Below are positions 26,243 through 34,297 of a stretch of 54,334 nt of DNA, piece after piece. The position numbers and the translations under genes were made by a program. The notes under the pieces were generated by a model. The model did not search any database. It was not told where the DNA came from and saw only the letters and a list, made by a program, of their open reading frames with translations. The stretch's first letter is position 1. Each line of letters begins with the position of its first letter. The DNA comes from Lachnospiraceae bacterium. GTDB lineage: Bacteria > Spirochaetota > Spirochaetia > Sphaerochaetales > Sphaerochaetaceae. Location of the stretch: NCBI GenBank assembly GCA_963610485.1, contig CAVDOI010000001.1:1-54334 (forward strand), written 5' to 3'.

Positions 26243-27262
26243 TCAGAGTACGATTGTTGCAACCTTTCCGGCACCCACCTTGTCTGTGGTGTTGGAGTAG
26301 TTGTATCTTACGGTCCTCTTTTCGTTGATTGTCTTTGCAAGCCTTATATAGCCGCGGCCTGTAGTCGCCGCCGCGATGCCCTTCTTCCCGGCTATGTAGC
26401 CGTAGACGGCATTTTCCGCCGATATCTCGAGATGGTTGCCGTCGTAGACGCTGAGGCGCGAATAGCCGAGAAGATCCACTATGAAATGGACTCCGATGCG
26501 GATTGTCGTGCTGCTGTTGGCGAGCCCTATTCTGAAGCCTGCATCCATGTCGGTGCCGAGAACTGCAGAGAAGGATGAATAGTAGTCCCCGTTCTCATAT
26601 GTGAAGTCGTTGATGTATTCGGTGCTGACGGAGAGTCCGACGCCGGCATAGACCATGGCGTTGTCATTGAGCATGCTCCGCCATGCCGGCCCTGCCGTCA
26701 GGAGGAACTTCCATTTCGTCGGATTGACGCTCTTCTTTTTCTTTACTGTGCCTTCCTCAGTGCCGGATGTTTCGATTTCAATCGTCGTTGTGTCGGATGC
26801 TGCACCTCCGGTCACTGTCTCTTCCTTTCCTCCGGTGAGTGTTACTGCTGCTGCACTCTTTGTATCTGTTACGGGAGTAGTCAGAGCTGCATCGGAAAGA
26901 GGAGAGGCCGGAGAAGCGGGGAGAGAGGCCGGAGTCTCTGTCTCCGGTGTGACGACGGTTGTGCTCCCGCTTTCTTTCGTCTGTGTGCTCTTTCTGCCGC
27001 TGAACAGATTGTCCTTTATCTTCACAAGAGTCTCGAACGGGGTCTGGATTCCTATCCTTATGTAAATCCCCCGCACCGAGTTTCTGCCTACGAAGCCGTA
27101 GCCTGTGATGTCGATTCCGACATTCTCCTTCGTGAAGGACGTCAGAGTTTCATCTGCCGTCGTATAGAAAGTGAAGTCGTATGATGGAAGTGGAAAGACC
27201 GAGGCTCCGAGACAGACGGCTGAGAGAAATAGCAGAAGTATGAGGACGGTCTTTTTCATCAC
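26243..27262 (-). CDS. hypothetical secreted or lipoprotein beta-rich protein with Thr/Ser/Pro-rich insert
   Basis: A signal peptide (MMKKTVLILLLFLSAVCLGASV) includes a possible lipobox Cys17. Beta-strand-like N- and C-terminal parts flank a low-complexity T/S/P/E segment (aa ~88-180). Confidence 0.55.
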   Translation of the reverse strand: MMKKTVLILLLFLSAVCLGASVFPLPSYDFTFYTTADETLTSFTKENVGIDITGYGFVGRNSVRGIYIRIGIQTPFETLVKIKDNLFSGRKSTQTKESGSTTVVTPETETPASLPASPASPLSDAALTTPVTDTKSAAAVTLTGGKEETVTGGAASDTTTIEIETSGTEEGTVKKKKSVNPTKWKFLLTAGPAWRSMLNDNAMVYAGVGLSVSTEYINDFTYENGDYYSSFSAVLGTDMDAGFRIGLANSSTTIRIGVHFIVDLLGYSRLSVYDGNHLEISAENAVYGYIAGKKGIAAATTGRGYIRLAKTINEKRTVRYNYSNTTDKVGAGKVATIVL

Positions 27263-27330
27263 ACTGTCATTATAGAAAAAGGGCGCTCTTTGAGAAAGTG
27301 AAATAATGAAAACTCCACACGGCGAGGACG

Positions 27331-27358
27331 AAAAAACCTCTCCGGAGAACGAAGAGGT
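27331..27358 (-). terminator. intrinsic terminator of tRNA-Pro
   Basis: On the minus strand, ACCTCT-N11-AGAGGT is followed by TTTTTT, directly 3' of the tRNA. Confidence 0.5.
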
Positions 27359-27363
27359 GAAAG

Positions 27364-27436
27364 TCGGGATGAATGGACTCGAACCATCGATATCCTGCTC
27401 CCAAAGCAGGCGCCATAGCCGCTAGGCGACATCCCG
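27364..27436 (-). tRNA. tRNA-Pro (anticodon TGG)
   Basis: Hand-folded cloverleaf: acceptor CGGGATG/CATCCCG, anticodon stem CCTGC/GCAGG with loop TTTGGGA, T arm GATGG-TTCGAGT-CCATT, discriminator A. Confidence 0.9.
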
Positions 27437-27448
27437 AAAGCCCAGATG

Positions 27449-27478
27449 AGTATAAGAAAAATGGAGAGAAGTGGTCAA
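27449..27478 (-). promoter_or_regulatory. putative promoter of tRNA-Pro
   Basis: On the minus strand, TTGACC, an 18-nt spacer and TATACT lie 12 nt upstream of the mature 5' end. Confidence 0.5.
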
Positions 27479-27560
27479 GAACCGTACACTTTGAAAGTTT
27501 TTTCGCTCATTTTGAAAAAAAAGCTGACAAAATCCCGAAAAATCCTGTCTTAGATAATGT

Positions 27561-28130
27561 ATGTGCAAGAAAATCATAATCAGAGGGAATTTTCCCGGCC
27601 TCGTGAGCGACAGGTGTCTGGATTACATCCATTCATTCTCCCCTCCGGGGGAGGAACTCGAGAGGGCCGATATCTACATACTCTCCTCGACCCCGATTCT
27701 CCGCCTCGCCGGGGAGATACTCTCGTCACGCCGCCTCAATCCCGTCTCGCGCATAATCGTCCTTCCGTCTCCCTATGAGGAGAACCTCCTTTCGTCTCTG
27801 TTTCCGTTTGTGGAGTTCATCAGGCCCGGGGAGGTGCTCCTTTCCGATGTCGTGTCGGGGAAAAAGACATACCGCAGCGAATGCCTGCGTCGTTCTCTCT
27901 CGGAGAGGGAGAACAAGATTCTCCCGCCCCTGAGTTACGGTATGAGCGACAAGGAGATCGCCATCGTCCTCGGAATAAGCGAGCGCACAGTCGTGAGGAC
28001 GAAGCAGCGCGTTATTTCGAAGGCGGGACTCATATCGTCGGGACAGCTCTCGATATTCAGCGCACTTATGAGCTGGATAAAGGACGAGGAGGAGAGGTGT
28101 GGTGTCAGGAAGAAAAGTAAGGTAAGATGA
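27561..28130 (+). CDS. LuxR/FixJ-family transcriptional regulator with degenerate receiver-like N-terminus
   Basis: The C-terminal HTH reads LSERENKILPPLSYGMSDKEIAIVLGISERTVVRTKQRVISKAGL. The N-terminal ~120 aa have a receiver-like strand pattern (KKIIIRG, ADIYILSS, RIIVLPS) but lack the acidic pocket. Confidence 0.7.
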   Translation: MCKKIIIRGNFPGLVSDRCLDYIHSFSPPGEELERADIYILSSTPILRLAGEILSSRRLNPVSRIIVLPSPYEENLLSSLFPFVEFIRPGEVLLSDVVSGKKTYRSECLRRSLSERENKILPPLSYGMSDKEIAIVLGISERTVVRTKQRVISKAGLISSGQLSIFSALMSWIKDEEERCGVRKKSKVR

Positions 28131-28134
28131 CGCC

Positions 28135-28749
28135 GTGAACGATTACGAAACCAGAATCTATACTCTTCTCGATGAAAACTCGCCCGATGAGGTTTTCTTT
28201 CTTCCTCCTTCCGAGCCATTCAGATTCCTCACCGCAGTAATTCTCTCGTGTGCAGGAAGCGACAGGGCGGCACTTCTCTCGCTCGAGAGGCTCTTCTCCC
28301 GCTATCCGACACCCCTCGCGGTAACCGGGGCGCCGGATGAGGAGATAAAGAAGCTCATACATTCCTCGGGACTTGCGGAGAGTAAATGCAGGACGATAAA
28401 GGCCGCGGCGGAATATTTTGTGAAGAACGGGGAGCCGAAGACAAGAAAAGAGCTTCTCTCGATAAAGGGAATCGGGGAGAAGACGGCTTCCTGCTATATG
28501 CAGAGGGTGATGGGACAGCCTGCCGTCGTCGTCGACATACACTTCGAGCGTACAAGCTGGAGACTCGGACTCTCATCGTCCCACGACAGGATACGCACCA
28601 TGCACGAGATAATGGAGAAGTTCGATGAAGAGTGCTGGAACAGGCTTTCGGACACCGTCAATCTCCTGGGACGCACATTCTGCCGTCCGAAACCCAGGTG
28701 CGGGGAATGTTTTCTTTCCGAAACCTGCAGAAAACGTTTTGATTCTTGA
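28135..28749 (+). CDS. nth: endonuclease III-like HhH-GPD base-excision glycosylase
   Basis: GTG start 4 nt after the LuxR stop. An HhH motif with a Lys (IKGIGEKTAS), a catalytic-Asp context (VVVDIHFER) and a C-terminal Cys cluster (CRPKPRCGECFLSETC) are present. Confidence 0.8.
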   Translation: MNDYETRIYTLLDENSPDEVFFLPPSEPFRFLTAVILSCAGSDRAALLSLERLFSRYPTPLAVTGAPDEEIKKLIHSSGLAESKCRTIKAAAEYFVKNGEPKTRKELLSIKGIGEKTASCYMQRVMGQPAVVVDIHFERTSWRLGLSSSHDRIRTMHEIMEKFDEECWNRLSDTVNLLGRTFCRPKPRCGECFLSETCRKRFDS

Positions 28750-28894
28750 CCGAACGGCTTTACAAAGATTCGGCCTTTGGGATATATTCAATAGAAGTGT
28801 TACGACGGCATATCTTTGCCCATGCTCCGGCTGCAGAAGGCCGACAAAGGTTCCCGTCGAAAATGATGAAAATTATTTAAGGTGGATATTTGTC

Positions 28895-29125
28895 ATGGCT
28901 AGAAGATGTGATATTTGTGGAAAAGGTACAATTTCTGGTTCAGTTGTAACAAGAAAGGGACAGTCCAAGAAGAAGGGCGGTGTCGGTCAGCATATCGGTG
29001 TGACGACAAAGCGCGAGTTCAGACCGAACATCGTGTCCGTCAAGGCTCTTATCGACGGTACACCGAGAACTATCAAGGTATGTACACGCTGTCTGAGAGC
29101 AGGAAAAGTCCAGAAAGTTGTATAA
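28895..29125 (+). CDS. rpmB: 50S ribosomal protein L28
   Basis: The 76-aa product (MARRCDICGKGTISGSVVTRKG...RTIKVCTRCLRAGKV) is typical of L28. AAGGTGGA lies upstream of the ATG. Confidence 0.93.
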   Translation: MARRCDICGKGTISGSVVTRKGQSKKKGGVGQHIGVTTKREFRPNIVSVKALIDGTPRTIKVCTRCLRAGKVQKVV

Positions 29126-29157
29126 CAGGATTAGATTTTTCTAAGAATGAGAAAAAC

Positions 29158-29191
29158 GGGGACTCCTCTCGAGAGGGAGCCCTCTTTTTTT
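29158..29191 (+). terminator. intrinsic terminator after rpmB (immediately upstream of thrA)
   Basis: An imperfect GC-rich hairpin (GGGGACTCCTC..GAGAGGGAGCCC) is followed by TCTTTTTTT. Confidence 0.65.
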
Positions 29192-29211
29192 AAAACCGGA
29201 GGAGATAGCTT

Positions 29212-31623
29212 ATGAGTACTAGAGTACATGCACTGGAAGGTTCGATGGTCTCCACATCGAAGGGAATCGAGAAGCTCATCAGAGTCGCAGGTCTCGGGGA
29301 GGGTGAGAATTCCGTCTTCGTTCTTCCGCCGACTCTCAATCCCGAACTGACGTTCTCCCGTCTTCTTGAAAAGGCCGCTGAACGCTCTGATGATCTCTGG
29401 GAACTTTATGAGATGAAGAAGAACGGGTGGCTTGAACTTGCCTCTTCATCCCTCTCTCCGGAAGGAGCCTCATCCGTCATGAAGAGCATAGAGTCCTCGT
29501 TCTCAGAGGTCGGCGATATACTCCGTGCCGTCTCGATACTCAGAATTGCCGACGGAGGCTCGAGTGACTATCTTGAGAATCTCTCATCGTCATTTCTTGC
29601 ACTCATCCTCCTCTGTCGTCTTGATGAGGAGGGGATAAAGGCGGCCATCTTCAGCGAGAAGGACATTCTCGACAACCCCTCTGTCATCAAGGGATATAAG
29701 GCCGTGATCGTTGCGGGCAGACTTACATACTGCGACGACGACAGGGATGCATCCGGCCGCGAGCGTGAAGAGGAAGGATGGGGAGAATACAGTGCGGCGC
29801 TGATTGCCTGCGCACTCTCATGTCCGCTGACATACTGGAACCAGAAATCGCTGCTGTACTCCGCAAGCCGCAGGGATGTTCCCAATGCCCACATAATCAG
29901 GAATCTTTCATATGCGGAGGCGACCGAGCTCAGTTTCTTCGGCGCTCCTGTCGTCCATCCCCATTCCTTCATTCCCGCCCAGGAGGCGGGGCTCACACTC
30001 ACCCTCAGATGGTGGGGCGACATAGAGGAGAGGGGAACGACTGTGACAAGGGAGGCTGTGGAGGACAAGAGAGGCGTCAAGGCTTTCTCCGTCGTGAAGA
30101 ACATCTCTCTCATCAATGTAGAGGGATCGGGTATGTCAGGCGTCCCGGGAGTCTCCTCGAGGCTCTTTACGGCACTCAAGGACGAAGGGATAAGCGTAAT
30201 CTTCATATCACAGGCGTCGAGCGAATATTCGATATGTTTCGCCGTCCCTCATACAGAGAGCAGGAAGGCCGTCGAAACAATCACAAATGAATTCGAGAAG
30301 GAGATTGAGACTCATCAGATTACATCTGTCGACTGTGAGAGCGGACTTTCGATTCTTGCCGTTGTCGGCGAGGGTATGCCTGGACACGTGGGTGTTGCAG
30401 GAAAGTTCTTCTCGTCCCTCGCAAGAGCCGGCGTCAACATCCGTGCAATCGCACAGGGCTCGAGCGAGCGCAACATCAGCGCGGTAATCACCTCCGTCGA
30501 CGCAGTCAAGGCCGAACGTGCACTTCATACAGTATTCTTCATGTCCGAGCAGACGCTCTCCCTGGGGCTCTTCGGACCGGGAAACATAGGGGGAACGCTT
30601 CTCGATCAGATAGGGCGCGAGAGGGAGAGACTCAAGAGGGAGTTCGATCTCGACATACGTGTCAGGGGCATTGCGACAAGCACCCGCATGATGCTCTCCG
30701 AAGAGGGAATAGATCTCTCCACGTGGAGGGAGAAGTTCCCGGAGTACTCCATTCCTTATAACGAGGAAGTGTTCCTTTCACACATAAAAGCGCAGTACTA
30801 TCCCCACTGGGTGCTTGTGGATGCCACTTCAAGCGAAGAGCGGGCAATGCAGTACCGCTCCTTCATCGAAGAGGGCTTCCATGTCATAACTCCGAACAAG
30901 AAGGCGCCCTCGGGTCCGTATGAAAACTATGAAGCAATTTTCGCCGCTTCCATGAGGACGGGGCGTAAATTCCTCTACGAGACTACAGTAGGGGCGGGGC
31001 TTCCGATTATCGTCACGCTCAAGGACCTCCGGGAGACGGGTGACAGGATAGAGAAGGTGGAGGGAATGGTTTCGGGAACGCTTTCGTGGCTCTTCTCGAC
31101 ATACGACACAACAGTGCCGTTCTCGTCCCTGGTCCTCAAGGCAAAGGAGCTGGGATTCACGGAGCCCGACCCCAGGGACGACCTTTCGGGTATGGACGTC
31201 GCAAGAAAGACGGTTATTCTTGCGCGCGAGCTCGGCTACAGGAGCGAGGTATCGTCATTCCCCGTCGAGTCACTTGTTCCGGAAGAACTGAAGAATGTTC
31301 CGAGAGAGGAGTTCCTGAGTCGTATAGTCGAGATGGACGAGAAAATCTACACCCTCTACAAAGAGGCGGAGAAGGAGGGGATGAGACTCCGCTATGTAGG
31401 TACTGTGGATGACGGAAAGTGCTCCGTGGGCCTCAGAAAGTTCCCTCTCTCTCACCCGTTCAGCCAGTCGAAGGGAACAGATAACGTAATACAGTTCACT
31501 ACAGCGCGCTACCATGAGCAGCCGCTGGTCGTTCAGGGACCGGGTGCGGGGCCGGAGGTGACGGCAGCAGGAATATTTGCAGACATCCTTAGACTCAGTG
31601 CATACCTGGGTTCGAAGATATGA
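29212..31623 (+). CDS. thrA: bifunctional aspartate kinase / homoserine dehydrogenase
   Basis: The 803-aa ORF has an amino-acid-kinase N-terminus, ACT region (INVEGSGMSGVPGVSSRLF) and an HSD part (GLFGPGNIGGTLL, VQGPGAGPEVTAAG). GGAGG lies upstream of the ATG. Confidence 0.9.
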   Translation: MSTRVHALEGSMVSTSKGIEKLIRVAGLGEGENSVFVLPPTLNPELTFSRLLEKAAERSDDLWELYEMKKNGWLELASSSLSPEGASSVMKSIESSFSEVGDILRAVSILRIADGGSSDYLENLSSSFLALILLCRLDEEGIKAAIFSEKDILDNPSVIKGYKAVIVAGRLTYCDDDRDASGREREEEGWGEYSAALIACALSCPLTYWNQKSLLYSASRRDVPNAHIIRNLSYAEATELSFFGAPVVHPHSFIPAQEAGLTLTLRWWGDIEERGTTVTREAVEDKRGVKAFSVVKNISLINVEGSGMSGVPGVSSRLFTALKDEGISVIFISQASSEYSICFAVPHTESRKAVETITNEFEKEIETHQITSVDCESGLSILAVVGEGMPGHVGVAGKFFSSLARAGVNIRAIAQGSSERNISAVITSVDAVKAERALHTVFFMSEQTLSLGLFGPGNIGGTLLDQIGRERERLKREFDLDIRVRGIATSTRMMLSEEGIDLSTWREKFPEYSIPYNEEVFLSHIKAQYYPHWVLVDATSSEERAMQYRSFIEEGFHVITPNKKAPSGPYENYEAIFAASMRTGRKFLYETTVGAGLPIIVTLKDLRETGDRIEKVEGMVSGTLSWLFSTYDTTVPFSSLVLKAKELGFTEPDPRDDLSGMDVARKTVILARELGYRSEVSSFPVESLVPEELKNVPREEFLSRIVEMDEKIYTLYKEAEKEGMRLRYVGTVDDGKCSVGLRKFPLSHPFSQSKGTDNVIQFTTARYHEQPLVVQGPGAGPEVTAAGIFADILRLSAYLGSKI

Positions 31624-31636
31624 TAAGGAGGAATGC

Positions 31637-32899
31637 ATGATAAAGTATGTTTCGACAAGAGATAAAAACGGTCAGGCTGTAACGGCGTCGGAGGCTGTTC
31701 TGAAGGGGCTTGCTCCGGATGGAGGGCTCTATGTTCCGACAGAGCTTCCGCATGTCGGAGAGGATTTCACTCTCGAGAAGGGGCTGGCTGAGGCGATGTA
31801 CCTCGCCATAAAGCCGTTCTTCGAAGGCGACGAACTCGAGGATGACCTCGAAGAGATATGCCTCGATGCATTCTCCTTCCCCCTTCCTTTCCACGAATCG
31901 AAGGAGAAGTATCTCTATATGGAGCTCATATACGGCCCGACAAGTGCCTTCAAGGACTTCGGTGCGAGATTCCTTGCATGCTGTATGGAACGGCTTCTTG
32001 TGAAAAAAGGCGAGAAGAAGACGATCCTTGTCGCAACAAGCGGAGATACAGGTGGAGCCGTGGCCGCTGCATTCTACAGTAGGCAGAACCTCAGTGCGAA
32101 GGTGCTTTTCCCCAAGGGAAGGGTTGCCGAGAGGCAGAGGGCACAGCTCACAACATGGGGCGGGAACATCGAGTCTTATGAGGTCGACGGCAACTTCGAC
32201 GACTGCCAGAGGATGGTCAAGGAGGCCTTTATGGACCCGGAGTATTCTCCTTTCCTCAGTTCATCCAATTCAATCAACATCGGGCGCCTTCTTCCCCAGA
32301 TGGCCTACTATGCATATGCATCGACGCTCTTCACGCTGAAGTACGGCGTAAAGCCTGTTTTCATAGTCCCCTCGGGCAACGTCGGTAACGTGACGGGAGC
32401 ATACTGGGCAAAGGAATCGGGATACCCGATAGAGAGAATCGTACTTGCATGCAATGCAAACAGAACGATTCCCGACTATCTCGAGAGCGGGGAATACAGA
32501 CCACGTGACAGCATAAAGACAATTGCAAATGCAATGGATGTCGGATCTCCTTCGAATATGGAGAGGCTCTTCGATCTCTATCCGTCATTCTCCCTCTTCA
32601 GGGATAATGTCACGGCATACTCTGTAAGCGATGACTCCATCAGAGATACAATCCGTGAGGTCTATGACGAGGAGAGCTATGTAATCTGTCCTCATACGGC
32701 ATGCGGCGAGAGGGTGAGAAGAGACCACTATAAGGATGTTCCCTCGATAGTGGTATCTACAGCGCACCCTGCGAAGTTCGACACAGTAGTCGAGCCTCTT
32801 CTCGGAATAACCGTCCCGATTCCGAAGAACCTCTACGAGATAACGAGAAAGGAGAGCCGGTCAAAGAGCATCGGGACTGACTATCACAGTCTCTTCTGA
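31637..32899 (+). CDS. thrC: threonine synthase
   Basis: ATG31637 follows AGGAGG. The N-terminus is MIKYVSTRD, with the PLP-lysine context PTSAFKDFGARF. Confidence 0.93.
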   Translation: MIKYVSTRDKNGQAVTASEAVLKGLAPDGGLYVPTELPHVGEDFTLEKGLAEAMYLAIKPFFEGDELEDDLEEICLDAFSFPLPFHESKEKYLYMELIYGPTSAFKDFGARFLACCMERLLVKKGEKKTILVATSGDTGGAVAAAFYSRQNLSAKVLFPKGRVAERQRAQLTTWGGNIESYEVDGNFDDCQRMVKEAFMDPEYSPFLSSSNSINIGRLLPQMAYYAYASTLFTLKYGVKPVFIVPSGNVGNVTGAYWAKESGYPIERIVLACNANRTIPDYLESGEYRPRDSIKTIANAMDVGSPSNMERLFDLYPSFSLFRDNVTAYSVSDDSIRDTIREVYDEESYVICPHTACGERVRRDHYKDVPSIVVSTAHPAKFDTVVEPLLGITVPIPKNLYEITRKESRSKSIGTDYHSLF

Positions 32900-34248
32900 G
32901 GTTTCTCCCTGTAGACGTCTGTCTTTCTGTAATAGATGAGAAAGAGTAATGAAACGAGGCCCCATGAGATGGCGTAGGAGTACATTACTCTTTCTATTGT
33001 AGCCGTACACCATGGAATACTGAGCCATATTATCCTGAGGCCGCATATTCCGAAGACTGTGAAGAGAGTCGGAATGAGGGTCTTTCCGACGCCTCTGAGG
33101 GCTCCGGAGAATATTTCTATCGGGATATAGAGTATGAATACGGGGGCGATCGTCCTCAGAATCCTCATGCCGGTATTGATTACCTCTTCGTCCGAGGTGA
33201 AGAGCCGGAATGCGTACTGTCCGAGAAGAAGATAGAGCCCCGTCATGAAGACGGCAGTCAGACCCGACATGAGAAGGCTGTCCCTGACGCCTTTCTTCGC
33301 CCTGTCGAGTCTGCCCGCACCGTAGTTCTGTCCGACGAATGTCGTTGCGGCGATTCCGAAAGCGTTGACTATCATCCAGAAGATTGAATCGAGCTTGTTG
33401 TAGGACGCCCATGCCGCTGCAGTGTCCGTTCCGAAGCGGTTGACGTTCGTCTGAATGATCATGTTCGATATGTTGTACATGATGGACTGTACGCCGCCGG
33501 GAAGTCCCAGCTGGAGCATCTTCTTGAGTATTACGGGGTCGATGTCGAAGGAGCGGGAGATGAAGTAGCGGCAGCAGTCCTTTCTGCGGCAGAGACAGAC
33601 AAGGGTGATGAGTGCCGACAGTATTTCGCTGATGACGGTGGCCTCCGCGGCGCCCCTTACTCCTCTTTTGAATACAGATATGAATACGATATCGAGGAAG
33701 ATGTTCGCGACAGCTCCGATGATAAGGAATATAAGAGGATCCCTCGAGTCTCCGAACGAGCGGTATATGCCCGATGCCATGTTGTAGAGGATGAGGGGAA
33801 GCGCCCCTGCAAAATATACATGGAGGTAATCCGTTGCAAGGGGAAGCACATCCTCCGGCGTTTCTATGAGGACAAGAAGGGGAACTGTCAGCATGTATCC
33901 GAAAACCGTGATTGCCGCGCCGAAGAAGATCGAGAGCCCGATTGCGGTGTGGATGCTCTTCGAGACCCTCTCTTCATTTCCTGCACCGTAGAACTGCGAC
34001 ACTATGACGGCGGCTCCCGATGCCACTCCGGTGAAGAAGCCTATGATAAGGTTCGTCATCGTGCTTGTTCCTCCGCTTACGGCTGCGAGGGCTTCCTTAC
34101 CCAGAAGCTGACCTACGATGACTGCATCCACCGTGTTGTAGAGGGTGGTGAAGAGTGTTCCGAACATGATCGGAAAGAAGAACAACAGAATCTGTTGCCA
34201 GATGACGCCTTCCGTCATTGCATTTTCCAAACTTTCTCTCTTCTTCAT
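32884..34248 (-). CDS. MATE-family efflux transporter
   Basis: 454 aa with 12 TM segments. The N-terminal WQQILLFFFPIMFGTLFTTLYNTVDAVIVGQ is typical of MATE/NorM-like proteins. The 3' end overlaps thrC by 16 nt. Confidence 0.88.
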   Translation of the reverse strand: MKKRESLENAMTEGVIWQQILLFFFPIMFGTLFTTLYNTVDAVIVGQLLGKEALAAVSGGTSTMTNLIIGFFTGVASGAAVIVSQFYGAGNEERVSKSIHTAIGLSIFFGAAITVFGYMLTVPLLVLIETPEDVLPLATDYLHVYFAGALPLILYNMASGIYRSFGDSRDPLIFLIIGAVANIFLDIVFISVFKRGVRGAAEATVISEILSALITLVCLCRRKDCCRYFISRSFDIDPVILKKMLQLGLPGGVQSIMYNISNMIIQTNVNRFGTDTAAAWASYNKLDSIFWMIVNAFGIAATTFVGQNYGAGRLDRAKKGVRDSLLMSGLTAVFMTGLYLLLGQYAFRLFTSDEEVINTGMRILRTIAPVFILYIPIEIFSGALRGVGKTLIPTLFTVFGICGLRIIWLSIPWCTATIERVMYSYAISWGLVSLLFLIYYRKTDVYREKPQKRL

Positions 34249-34297
34249 ATCCCGGAGATTCTATCGCCTTATAAGATAATAGTGAAGCCGGAGGGAA

